Source: Anthoceros angustus
Taxonomy: Eukaryota > Plantae > Anthocerotophyta
DNA length: 64,000 bases
Assembly: GCA_010909165.1 (NCBI GenBank)
Contig: MU008188.1
Coordinates: 310,001-374,000, forward strand
Direction of reading: 5' to 3'
Shown: piece after piece, positions 1-11,792 of the stretch
How the letters are laid out: the number at the start of each line of letters is the position of its first letter
Position numbering within the stretch: the first letter of the stretch is position 1
Notes under the pieces: model-generated
Database searches by the model: none
What the model was told of the DNA's origin: nothing
The model's input: the letters and a program-made list of their open reading frames with translations, nothing else
Made by a program: the position numbers and the translations under genes

Positions 1-2372
1 CCAAAATGGATAGAGCGTGGCCGTACTGGTCACCTACAGGAGCCTCAATCGCCAACACCAAAACGCCGATGGATACTGCCTGGAAAAAGACGCTCCATGT
101 ACGTAAATACACCCTAGTGTCTCGTCAGCATGACCTACCAAATCGAGGTGCAATCCACAAACACCTCCAGCAACCACACAAACACAAACTGCGGCATTGT
201 CCACATGCCCACCATGCCCAAGTAGCTACTTCGAAGCAGATTCCGTCTCCCCTGTGTGTCCATCAAAGACAGTGCAATCATCGCTCCTGCCAAGCCAAAC
301 TACTGAGAATTTGAAATCAATTCCTGCCTTCCTACCTGCCTCTTACTTTATACTCTGCTCCAAGCTACTGCGGATGTAACAAGCACAGACCTGCAAGATT
401 CGCCACACCCACGGCTGCACTTGCAACCATTCCATTGGGAATGCCAGCATTTCGAAATGTGAGGGAGGAAAAGTATAAAATGCCGTTGATGCCTGCAAAT
501 TGCTGGAGAGCAAACAGAGAACCTCCAATCGCCACGACTGCAACCGCAGTAATTCAAGCCATGACTTCAATAGAATGATACGCTCATGTCATACCGACAA
601 ACGAATTTCAACATTCCGCTTTCACACCCACACCTATTGGTCTGCACTGGTCTAACAGTACATTCAAGGGAACACAAACAGCAGCTGCCCTCCTTTGTCC
701 AGAATGTCATACGCTTTAAGTATCTTCCCGACAGTAGTTCTGACCACGAGGCTTCGTCTTGTGCTCCTTCCTGCCCATCCGTTAAGTCTACCATCGCTGC
801 CTCTACCTGGGACGTACCCCAAAGCCTCTCAACTACCCTTCTTGCATCATCCAATCTGCCAACCTGCACAGAGCATTGCCAGTAACCACTTGATACCCCA
901 CAACAGAGGAACCACGTGCCAAGCAATATTGCTCCACTCAACCTTTTTTGACATGACAACATCCAACCAATTTCGTACTCACTTTCACAAGCCAACGAGG
1001 ACTCTCTGCAGCATATTGCATCCCAGCAATGAGCAAGAAACTTGGGAGCGTTCCTATCCAAAACATTGTCCTCCACCTGATTGAATGCAAATAAACAGCG
1101 TCTCAGTGTGCTTGGTACTTGACTGGAAGTAACGAACTTGACCTGGCTGTCTGGAACAAGAAAAGGCTTCGTTACCAATGAGGATCTGTTTCTGCAGGAA
1201 TGCCTATCAGTAAAGCAGATATGATCCCGACACAGGTGCCAACCTGACACAAGCTCCCAAGGGCTCCTCTGTATTTCGTCGGTGCAACCTGCAAATCATG
1301 CCACCAATTTCAGAAAACCTCTAGATCTGCAGCAGCTGATTCAGAACCCGGAGCATGTCCAATTCCAAAGTACCAGGTCAGACACTACGTACCTCAGAAA
1401 TGTAGAGCGGAACTAGGCCCGTGTTCACGCCGATGCCTAATCCCACCAGGAACCGACCAAGCAACATCCCATCGATAGACTGAGCCCCAGCACTGCCACA
1501 CAAAACAATCGTCAGACACAGCATTTCCGAAGGAAATGATGATGAGGTACTGTTCCAATGTCAAGATGCCAACCTGATGGAAGCGCCTAGAATGAGCGGA
1601 ACAGCATCTAATTGGAAGGTTCTTCGACGACCGATTCGGTCGGTGAGAATGCCACCTACAATGCTGCCCGCAAATGCGCCTACCACCAACACGCTTACAA
1701 CCAGGCCCTGCAGGATGTTGTCCTCACCAAACTGCAACTCCTTTGCGATAGAATCCAATGGCCCATTGAGAATTCTGCACTAACAGCAACAACCGCAGGT
1801 GAGGCAAACCAGCAATAACCAGCCAAAAGACACACCGGTGCACAATACTTTGAGCGATGTGCTCATCTTGGCGTGGCAGGATTCACGCACCCGATGTGGT
1901 ACCCGAACATGAAATTGGCCGTAGCTGCGGTGAGCACGTGAGGAAGGGCCGGTAACCAGGCCGGCGAGGTGACGAGCAGGTCCTGTTCCGGCTTGCTGGT
2001 GCTGGCCTCATTATGTTCCTCTACCGAGACAAGAAACGAAGAGAAGCATAGGGAGCTCATCATTCAGCGTCCCCAACATGCAATTGCATCCAGGCAAAGA
2101 TGACCTGCAGTGTGGAGGTGAAGATCGGTACCTGCATCATCAGTGGACCTAGAGCGGCAGGTTCTGGTAATCCGGGAACGCCCTACGGCCGGCTGGAGTC
2201 GCAAGAATGAGCTGCACAGTGAATTTTGAGAGGAGAAGATGGATCCATCCCGGCGCAGGCGGGGGCGGGCATCCCATCTGCTTTGTTCACGCGTGTCAGT
2301 CGCCAGGAGAAAATTCCGATTCAAGGCCGCCTGCTGCACTTGTAGTTGCGCGCCAATCATCGGCATCGGCAT
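1..2372 (-). CDS. Plastidic glucose transporter-like MFS sugar porter (pGlcT family); multi-exon, 3' end runs off the window start
   Basis: GT-AG exons approx. 2372-2132 (transit-peptide-like), 2020-1891 (LPHVLTAATANFMFGYHIG), 1774-1574 (ILNGPLDSIAKEL...DRIGRRRTFQLD), 1492-1393 (GRFLVGLGIG...LYISE), 1288-1176 (VAPTKYRGALGS), ~1077-983 (WRTMF...ESPRWL), ~863-714, ~538-392 (LQQFAGINGILYFSS), ~284-212 (LMDTQGRRNLL), ~79-1. These are sugar-porter signature motifs. Start chosen at the first ATG of MPMPMI. Confidence 0.9.
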
Positions 2373-2642
2373 CGCACCGCCGGTCGCGTTTGACCGCAAC
2401 ACACTGCTCAAGAGCTCAGTGCGGAAACACAATGCCTCTATGCAAACGAGACACGGACTTGGCATCACAGCGTACGCCACCTGGCATGCCACGCGTTGCT
2501 CTGTCTTCCCTGCCACCAGAGTTTGCAAACCTACGTCTCACCACGTTCTGAGTTGGGTCGGGTTAGTTAGCCTTTAGCTAGAGTAAGACAAGGCGGAAGG
2601 ATGAGTAAAACAGCGCATTCCGTTGTTTCGTCGCTGAGAATA

Positions 2643-3056
2643 GTGTGAGTTGGATCCAAAATGAAATTAGAGCTCCGGATCAATTCCGATACAATATTGT
2701 GTACAAAAGGTTTAATCAATGGAATGGACTGACGAGTGCGGGGTGATATGGCGAGGCCCTGGCAAACGGGAACTACTTACTAGCTCAAGAAGCGCCAGCG
2801 CTAGCGCTTTGTCACCAGCGTTTCATCACGTTAGAGCGATTGAGAGCAAAAAAACACTCTAATCCTTAATGAAATGAAAGACCCTTTGAGCTGCTACTTC
2901 CATTCATTATTGTCATACTCTTCATTCTCCTCCATAGCACTAGTTTGCAGTGCGATTCCACAAGAAGTCTCGCTAGGCACTTCATTTACATCTCTTGACG
3001 ACTCCCCCAAAGCCAACATAGATAGAGAAGCATCTAGCCCTGCGATCACAATTACC
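2643..3056. repeat. ~410 bp diverged segmental duplicate of 47111-47540 (last exon plus 3' UTR of a TFIIE-alpha-like gene)
   Basis: gtgtgagttggatccaaaatgaaatt...gtacaaaaggtttaatcaatggaatggactgac...atgaaatgaaagaccctttgag...catctagccct aligns collinearly with 47111-47540. Confidence 0.9.
2894..3039 (-). pseudogene. Orphan terminal exon of a TFIIE-alpha-like gene, copy 1; the upstream intron is interrupted by the copia element
   Basis: Acceptor cgcag|gg, then (G)LDASLSMLALGESSRDVNEVPSETSCGIALQTSAMEENEEYDNNEWK*. 146 bp, the same length as the paralogous exon 47378-47523. Acidic tail ending in EW. Confidence 0.5.
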
Positions 3057-3139
3057 AGGGTCAGTAAGCATCAAGATGACAGACAGACTTCATATAGCGT
3101 GTCGCTGAACGTGAGTGTCAAGGTAAGCAGGGTGAAAAT

Positions 3140-3355
3140 TGTTGAATATTTAATAATTACTTATAGGACATTGTATATACCTAGGGCACTGTTCATAACC
3201 CTAGATGAATGTTAGTTAGTTGGTGTAACCGTTTCATGGAGCTAGGACATATTCCTTGTTCCCCTCAACCTTATATACATACATTTTTGCCTTCGGTGTT
3301 ATGGGTTGCTCAATCTATGGGTTGCTCAATCTGCTGTGAACCTATAAACGGAACA
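3140..3355 (+). repeat. 5' LTR of the copia element (216 bp, TGTT...AACA)
   Basis: Starts tgttgaat and ends ggaaca directly before the PBS. Contains a TATA-like ttatata and a 16-bp internal tandem duplication (atgggttgctcaatct x2). Confidence 0.8.
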
Positions 3356-3368
3356 TGGTATCAGAGCC
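3356..3368 (+). promoter_or_regulatory. Primer binding site complementary to the 3' end of initiator tRNA-Met
   Basis: TGGTATCAGAGCC immediately after the LTR-terminal CA; canonical plant LTR-retrotransposon PBS. Confidence 0.93.
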
Positions 3369-3420
3369 CTGTGGCCTGATCGCCTGGTTCTGCTATGCAT
3401 AGGCAGTTTGGTTCTTTGGT

Positions 3421-3942
3421 GTGTTTGTAAAAATTACTGGTTTTTCAAATGGCAATTTGCCACAAACCCTAGCACACAAGGCAAGATGCCTCGCAGGCAG
3501 ATCTGCGGGCAATCTTGGCCAGATTTTGATACGGGAAAAGGAAGACGCTATTAATCGAGACTTTGAGAAGCTATATTATAAGAAGGCTCTCAAATCGAAA
3601 CGAGCCGGTTTCTTGGCGCATTTCTTGACTCACAAGCATCTGCAGCAAACAGCCGTGCATCAGCATCTGATCCTGGACAGCGATTATTCAACATTCAACC
3701 AAGTTCTCAACATCAACAGAAATCCAGAACACGTCCAGAAGTTTTTACAGAACATCAGGCTATTCTTAACTCAATCTTGAATATCAAGAGCACTGTTCTG
3801 GAATACACATCTCGAATAGATTGTTCTAAATTAGGAGCAACTTGAAAGGCTGAGAATTTCAGACCTCATGACGATGGCAAAGCAAGAGAGCGACATTAGC
3901 AGCCTCAGGGAGCAAATTGCTCGCCTGTCTGCACCAAACTAA
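3421..3942 (+). other. Extra (disrupted) ORF between the PBS and gag of the copia element
   Basis: 119-aa ORF 3421-3780, followed by a helical/coiled-coil-like tail EQLERLRISDLMTMAKQESDISSLREQIARLSAPN* ending at 3942. Confidence 0.45.
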
Positions 3943-3966
3943 TTTGTTCTCTGACTTGCAGGCATC

Positions 3967-6900
3967 ATGTCAGGATCAACTAATCCTGACTCAGGATCAG
4001 ACCGGTTGCAAGATAAGGACCGGCTGACTCCGAGTAATTTCGATGCCTGGAGCTTCAGGGTGCGCTGCATCCTTGAGGAGAAATTGCTGATGGAAGTGGT
4101 TGATGGCACTGTTCCCAAGAAGGTGACTGGTCAGCCATCTGGAACCATGACACCCAACGGTGTAAATCAAGTACCCTGGACAAGAAAAGATGAGCTTGAG
4201 TGGACATACAAAGACAAGAAGGCACGTACCATCTTGGTGGCCTCTGTCTCGCAGGAAATGATTCCTCATATAAAGTTGATGCAGTCTTCAAACTCATAGG
4301 TTTCTGATAACAGTGACCAGACGGATATGATAACTGAGGCAGCTGCAACCCTGCAATTTTAGACACTTCGTATGAGAGAAACTAATTCTGTTGAGAGTCA
4401 TGTTGCTAAGTTTAGGGCTGCTAGAGCCAAACTAGCATCTTGCGGAGTGATCACAGCTGAGTCTAGAGCAGCAGTACAATTATTGCTCTCTCTCCCACCA
4501 AGCTTTGAAAGATTCGGTGCTAGCATCCAAACATCGCGTTGTCACCCACCCAACCTACTCCTTCCTCATCTAATCTTCTTGCTCGAAGGTCGTAGCGCTA
4601 CGCGTTTGCAAGCAGAAAGCATATGAAAGGAGGTAGTTCTTCTGTGTCACATAGACAGAGTGACACTGCCCTCTTCTCTGGAGAGGTAGAGGACGTGGCA
4701 GGGGGAGAGGTAGAGGCAGAGGGGGCTTTGGGAGAGGTAGAGGTCAGTTTCAACCTTCTACCCCTGCTAGTTCACATCCCAATTCCAATTCCTCGTCTAC
4801 CACCAAATCAGGAAATTGTAACCTCAGCAAACCGCCCTTTGGATAAAAGACTATCGTAAAAGAATCAGAGATGAAGGTGCTAAAGGCAAACATCCTGCTG
4901 AGGCTCACACTGCTCGAGCCTCCACTCCAGGATTGCTAGTGGCGTGCCTTACCTCATCTAGAAAGGACTGTTAGAGATGGTATCTGGACAGTGGAGCTTC
5001 GAACCATATGTGTTCTAGGAGAAAGTCCTTCATTACGTATGAAGCTTTTCGGACCTGTCACCAAACAGCTGTTGTGTTAGGTGACAACTCGACAATTCCA
5101 ATTAAAGGAACAGGCACAATACAAGTTACCTTATATGGTAGTTTTCTGCTTTTGGAGAATGCTTTACATGTTCGTGCCATTACCAAGAATCTTGTTAGTA
5201 CAATGGCACTTGGAAAAACGAACAAGTACAGAATCACATTCAAAGGAGTGGAGTGTACCATTTACAGGCTGACAGCACCTTCAGTTATCATTGCTCGTGG
5301 GAAACCACAGTTTGATCTGTACCTGCTGGACTTTGTCTCATACTTGCCACCAAACAAGTTTTCTGCAACTGCCAACAGTACGAATGTTATCAAGCAACCT
5401 TCAAATGCCTTTAAGTGGCACTGTAGACTTGGACACCCGAATATCAAAGCTATGAGGCGACTATTGAAGGAGAAAATGGTAACAGGCTTTACTGAGAGTG
5501 AGTTACCTGAGCTTGACCTGTGTGTTGCATGTGTTCATGGCAAACAGTTTAAGTCCCACTTTGGCAGCGGAAATCCACGTAAGGCCACAGAACTGCTGGA
5601 TCTGGTTCATACCGATATTTGTGGACCAATGTCAGTTACTTCATGGGGAGGAGCTCGGTATTTCGTTGTATTTGAAGATGACAGATCCCACTTCACTGTC
5701 ACTGAGCTTCTTCGTCACAAGAGTGAGGTGTTCTCCAGCTTTAAGCGTTATCTGGCATATGCAGAACGACAAACAGGCTTTAAGCTTAAGTGCATACGTT
5801 CGGACAATGGGAAGGAGTACCTTTCCAATGCTTTTCAAAATCTTGTCGGAGAAGGGATTACGAGCGATTGACAATCCGTATCATTCGACATGAATGGGCG
5901 TTCTAACGCGCACAGACTATTCAAGATCTTTGCAAGGTCACTTCTTTATCAAGGAGGCTGTCAACACGCTCGGTACCCGCCTGCGAGAAGGTCAGGTTTC
6001 TTCCTTACGGTCACACCTTTTGAAGCCTGGACAGGAAGCAAACCCGATTTGTCACATCTTAGAGTCTTTGGCAGCACTGCATATGCACACATCCCTAATC
6101 AGCTACGTAATAAGTTTTCTTTTAAGTCTAAAAGACACATCTTCATAGGATACACTCCAAGTATTCATGGCTACAAATTGTTCAAACCTGTCACAAGGAA
6201 GGTGATCCATGCAAGGACTGTTGCGTTTGATGAACGTCTTGTACTATCAGTTCCTTCACACTCCTTTAATGACTTTCTTGACGAAGAAATCATTGAACTT
6301 GAGCAGTCTGTAGATGCAGGGGAGGAACCAACAGATATAGTTAGTTTTCCAGACATAGACCCTTGATTGATCCGATCCGCACTGCCCTTACTTTGCTAAT
6401 CCGGACCGCCCCCCACCCCGATGAGAGTTCATACGAAGATGATCCGCCTCCCTTGCTCCCACAGGATCAATCAGATATTGATGATGATCCTATCGACCTA
6501 TCCCGTTACATGATGAGCTGCCTGAAGACTGGTTTGTGGATGACCCAGTGGAGTATGTTATTCCTGTTCCTCAGCCAGGACCCCCTAGGCGCTCTACACG
6601 AATTCGGAGACCACCAGAACAGTGGAGAGAGCCTCCTTACAGGAGTGAAGATTTCAAGAAAGTACCTCGTCCCCATGGTTCGGGCTCTGATGAGGTAGTT
6701 GTCGACATGGTGAATCTTTCTATCAATCCAGGCTATGAGCCTTCTACCTATGCTGAGGCCATTAGCGGACAAGATGCAAAACACCTGAAAGCGGCTATAC
6801 AATGGAGTATGTTATTCACTGCTCACCAACCCTAGGCGCTCTACGTCGGAGACCACGAGCAGTGGAGAGCCTCCTTACAAGTGAAGATTTCAAAGTACCT

Positions 6901-8225
6901 CGTCCCCATGGTTACAGCTCACATGAGGTGGTTGTCGACATGGTGAATCTTTCTATCAATCCAGGCTATGAGCCTTCTACCTATGATGAGGCCATTAGCG
7001 GACAAGATGCAAAACACTGGAAAGCGGCTATACAGTCGGAGTATGACTCCCTTATACAAAACAATACGTGGGAGCTCTGTCCTCCGCCTGTAGGGAGGAA
7101 GATAGTTACCTCCAAATGGGTGTTTAAACTCAAATACAAAGCTGACAGAAGCATAGCCAGGTACAAGGCTAGGTTAGTAGCCCATGGTTTTTCACAAGTC
7201 CCTGGTTTAGACTATCATGACACCTTCTCCCCCGTAGTAAAGGCTCAGTCCCTAAGAATCCTGTTTGCTATGTCTGCTTTCTTTTCCCTGCACATCCACC
7301 AAATGGATGTTAAAACGGCATTCTTACATGGGAAATTAGAGGAAGAGATCTTTATGCAGCAGCCTGAGGGATATGAGCTTACCGGCAGTGAGGATTGGGT
7401 GTGTAAGCTCTTGAAGACCTTATATGGTCTCAAACAGAGTCCTCGTGCATGGTACGAGTGCATAGATGAATTCTTGATAGGTCTAGGCTTCCTTAAAAGT
7501 GTTGCCGACACTAACGTGTATCTTCTGCAAGAGAAAGGCGGTTTTGTCATTTTGGCACTCTATGTAGATGATTGTATTTTGCTGGGAACACACATGGAAG
7601 GGATTACCCGTGTTAAAGGTCTGCTGTCGGGTCGTTTCGACATGGTGGACGTTGGAGAGCTTTCCTACTGCCTTGGAACTCAGCTCCAGAGAGACACTGC
7701 CAGCGGAACTTTGTCAGTTCATCAAGAAAAGTACATCTATGATATGCTGTTTAAGTATAAGCTTACTGAAGCCAAGACAGCTCTTACTCCTCTTGAAGTT
7801 TGCAAGTTATGCATTCGATCTCCACAGTCCAAGAGAAGCACGAGATGGAGGCTGTGCCATACGCACAAGCAGTGGGGTCCCTCATATTTTGCTCAAATCA
7901 CACTCGACCCGGATGTTGCTGCGATTAGCTTGGTGTCCCAATACGAAGGAGCAGTGAGCCCAGTCACAACCAAGAGAATTCTGAGGTATCTCAAGGGGAC
8001 TAGTGGCCATGGAATTCACTATACAAGAAGAAGTGATGGAGAGGAGGACCTTACACTCATAGGATACTGTGATGCTGACTGGGCAGCGGACCAAGATACG
8101 AGAAGGTCAGTTTCCACCTATGCATTCTTGCTTGCAGGTGGAGCAATCACTTGGTCGTCAAAGAAACAAACAACTGTTTCCTTATCTTCCACCGAAGCAG
8201 AATATTCTGCTCTGACTCAAGCTCA
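3967..8225 (+). pseudogene. Copia gag-pol polyprotein, broken by frameshifts and stops
   Basis: ORF pieces 3967-4299, 4372-4626, 5008-5871, 5890-6366 and 6802-8295 carry successive gag/PR/IN/RT/RH motifs. Confidence 0.92.
6548..7045 (+). repeat. ~250 bp tandem duplication inside copia pol (IN-RT linker and start of RT)
   Basis: VVVDMVNLSINPGYEPSTY(A/D)EAISGQDAKH occurs twice; the junction at ~6803 lies in a shared GGAGTATG. Confidence 0.92.
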
Positions 8226-8317
8226 AAATAATTATTTTTTGAAAAAAAAAAGGTTCAACATAAATATGTATATTTCTAAAATTCAATATTTATGAAAATA
8301 TTTTTTAATCAAATTTC

Positions 8318-11300
8318 AACATTTATTAGAATACACAAGTATCTATATGCAACTAATAGATATGTATAGACCTCCCCTAAACAGACCCTAATTTTCCACA
8401 CAAACCCTAGTTTCCCAAACAACCTCTAGCTTTTGAAACAGGCCCTAGTTTCAAACAAGCCCTAATTTCTAAGAAGCCCTAGCTTTTCAAACAAGCACTT
8501 TTTAAACAAGGTCAACCCAATTTCATTGTGCCTTTCTTATTTAGGAAAGTGGCTACTTGCAAGCACCCAAACATGACAACAAACAAACAATCTCTGCTAA
8601 CAACCATGTTCCGTAAAATTTAGAGAAAGGAGAGGGATGCTAAAATTACATGAGATGTGGACTTGCTATCTACAAGTATAGCTTCGACTTCACATGAAAA
8701 AGTTTCAGAGCCGGCACCTATTAAGCGACCAATTGGAAGACTTCGCACAACAACACGTGAAGCAGTTCTTCTACCAATGAAGAGGATCAACAAGAGGATG
8801 AAGATGTCAGGAGTGATACACATAAGAAACGAAGAGTCTGGAATACAAAAGTTTGGGCAACCCACCTAAATAAGTCGGTTGTGGAACAGGTTTGATTTTT
8901 TTTGGCAACACACGATTGGGAAGAGACATGCCGAAACTTTTTCGATTCTCTTAAAGCTGGAGTTGTTAGGTGACGATGGGCAGGTAAAAATGATGCTTAG
9001 GGGAGAAGAAACAGGTCAAAACGACCTCTGGGCGAAGCAGGTAGGTAGCCGGAAGGCGGGGTAGGCTGGCAGACTACCACCGTAGGCTGCCACCCTACGC
9101 CGGTAGGCTGAGAGAAAGGGCAGACTACCGCGGTAAGCTGGCAGACTACCGTGGTAGGCTGACAGCGTCTCAGCTAAAAAAGAAAATTAGGATAAGGGCA
9201 TATTCACTATATATGCCCACCAATAGGGAAATAGATAAATAGGCTAAATAGTGGGTTTGCGATTAGATTAGTTAAGAGCCAAAGTTGGATACGAAAATAG
9301 GTAATTTAGGAAGGTAGATACAATCTAGGGTTGAGAAGCCTCCAGGTGGCAACAATCCAAGGAGGGAAAAGCTCAGTTAGGCAGCACCAACTCTCCCTTC
9401 GAACTGAGGCATCTTCACTTCGCGAGGGCTGGAGCGTAAGAGGAAGAAGAAAAAGAGAGGGAAGGAAAGCTGCCATCGCCATCGCCACCGCGGTCGAATT
9501 GGGCGCAAAGGAGGCGAGGCCTGAAGCGAAGAGAAACCCTAGGCTGAGGCTGAGCTCGAGGCTAGGAAGAAGCACATGAGAAAGGCCAGAGGACCGGCGT
9601 GAAGAACCCTTGAGAACCCATGGCTGAGCGGCGCAAGGGGCGGGGCGTGGGCAGACATCATCCGAACCGTCCATGCACCAGGAAGGCGGGAAGGCTGCGA
9701 GGAGGCACGAGTGCTGACACCAGCGCCTCATCTTCGAGGAGGCAGAGGAAAGGCGGTGAGAAGGTGGAGTGCTCCTAGAAGACCCCGGAGCGAGGTGAAG
9801 AGAAGAAAAGCGCTCGGGAGGCGGGGCGGTGCCAGAGGAGCGCCCTGAGGAGGAAACCAAGGACTTGGGGAGTAATTCGCTGCCCCTCTTATCCTAACAA
9901 TTTGGTGGAACATCCGGCATCATGCCTCCAGCTGCTAAAGGCAACAGGAAGGAGGCGGCCGCCAAGGGCTCGTCCTTAGGTGCTGGCAAAGGCAAGAAGC
10001 TAGCAGCAGAAGCCGCGCCGCCAGGAGGAGGCGATTTTGAGATGCCACAATTTACGTGTTTTGCAGGACAACTCAATCATTTATTAGAATACACAAGTAT
10101 CTATATGCAACCACAGATATGTATAGATTCCCCCTAAATGCATCTAATTTCCACACAAACCCTAGTTTCCCAAACAACCTCTAGCTTTTGAAAACAGCCC
10201 TAGTTTCAAACAGAAGCCCTAATTTCTAAGAAGCCCTAGCTAAACAAGCACTTTTTAAACAAGGTCAACCCAATTTCATTGTGCCTTTCTTATTTAGAAA
10301 GTGGCTACTTGCAAGCACCCAAACATGACAACAAACAAACAATCTCTAACAACCATGTTCCAGAATTTAGAGAGAAAGGAGAGGATGCTAAAATTACATG
10401 AGATGTGGACTACATCTACAAGCATAGTCGACTTCACATGAAAAGTTTCGTAGCCGCACCTATTAAGCGAATTAATTGGAAGACTTCGCACAACAACACG
10501 TGAAGCTTCTTCTACCAATGAAGAGGATCAACAAGAGGATGAAGATGTCGAGTGATACACATAAGAAACGTAAGAGTCTGAATACAAAGTTTGGGCAACC
10601 CACCTAAATAAGTTTCGCAGAATGTGTTTGATTTTTTTGGCAACACGATTGGGAAGAGATACGTCAAAACCTTTTCGATTCTCTTAAAAGTCGAGTTGTT
10701 AGGTGACGATGGGCGTGTAAAAATGATGCTTAGGGGAGAAGAAACAGGTCAAAACGACTGACAAGGTAGGTAGCTAAGGCGGGTAGGGTCGGCATCACCA
10801 CCGAGGTCGCCACCCCACCTTAGGCCGAGAGAAAGGGCGACTATCATGGTGTCGGGCGACTACCGTATCGGGGCCCCGCCCCTAAAAGAAAATTAGGATA
10901 AGGGCATATTCACTCATATGCCCACCAATAGGGAAATAGATAAATAGGCTAAATAGTGGGCTCTGATTAGATTAGTTAAGAGCCAAGTTGGATACGAAAA
11001 TAGGTAATTTAGGAAGGTAGATACAATCTAGTGCTGAGGAAGCCTCCGTGGCAACAATCCAAGGAGGGAAAAGCCCGCTTAGGGCAGACTCAACTCTCCT
11101 TCGAATCCAGGCATCTTCACTTCGCGAGGGACTGAAGCTGGAGCGTAAGAGGAAGAAGAAAAAGAGAGGGAAGGAAAGCTGCCATCGCCATCGCCACCGC
11201 TGGCCAATTGGGGCCAAAGGAGCGTGCACACGCCTGAAGCGAAGAGAAACCATGGATCGAGCCAGAGGAGGAGTAAAGAAGCACATGAGAAAGGCGCAGA

Positions 11301-11792
11301 GGACCGTGGGGCGTGAAGAACCCTTGGGGCTTCGTGAATCTGAGCCGAGAGCAAGTAAGGGACGAGGAGACTGAGCATCCGCACATCGCCCATGCACCAC
11401 AGGTCGGGAAGGAACTGCGAGGGAGGCACGAGTGCTTTGACACCAGCGCCTCATCTTCGAGGAGGCAGAGGAAAGGCGGTGAGAAGGTGGAGTGCTCCTA
11501 GAAGACCCCGGAGCGAGGTGAAGAGAAGAAAAGCGGCCAGAGGCTGTGAGGTGCAGCACGAGAGGGAGCCTTTAAATTGAGGAGGAAACCAAGGACTTGG
11601 CGCTACCCGCCTCTTATCCTAATACCCAGGAACATCCTCATCATGCCTCCAGCGCAAGTGAAGGAGGGGCCGCCAAGGGCTCGTCCTTAGGTGCTGGCAA
11701 AGGCAAGAAGCTAGCAGCAGAAGCCGCGCCGCCAGGAGGAGGCGATTTTGAGATGCCACAATTTACGTGTTTTGCAGGACAACTCAATCATT
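8318..11792 (+). repeat. ~1.75 kb tandem duplication (copy 1 ~8318-10080, copy 2 ~10079-11792)
   Basis: Both copies start ttattagaatacacaagtatctatatgcaac and end GGGDFEMPQFTCFAGQLNH (...ggacaactcaatcattt); junction microhomology cattt. Confidence 0.93.

Larger units (their letters stand above)
3140..8225 (+). mobile_element. Ty1/copia LTR retrotransposon, 3'-truncated inside RNase H (no 3' LTR in the window)
   Basis: 5' LTR plus PBS, then gag (NFDAWSFRVRCILEEK...DKKARTIL), protease WYLDSGASNHMC (~4978), GAG-pre-integrase WHCRLGH, integrase LDLVHTDICGP and IRSDNGKEY, RT KARLVA / QMDVKTAFLHG / LYGLKQSPRAW / LYVDD, RNase H GYCDADWA...SSTEAEY. Copia order PR-IN-RT-RH. Abrupt switch to AT-rich DNA at ~8225. 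Confidence 0.97.

Noticed and set aside
8370-8520. aaaccctag/ccctaa repeats resembling telomeric repeats
   Set aside because: Scattered and imperfect; not a (CCCTAAA)n array.
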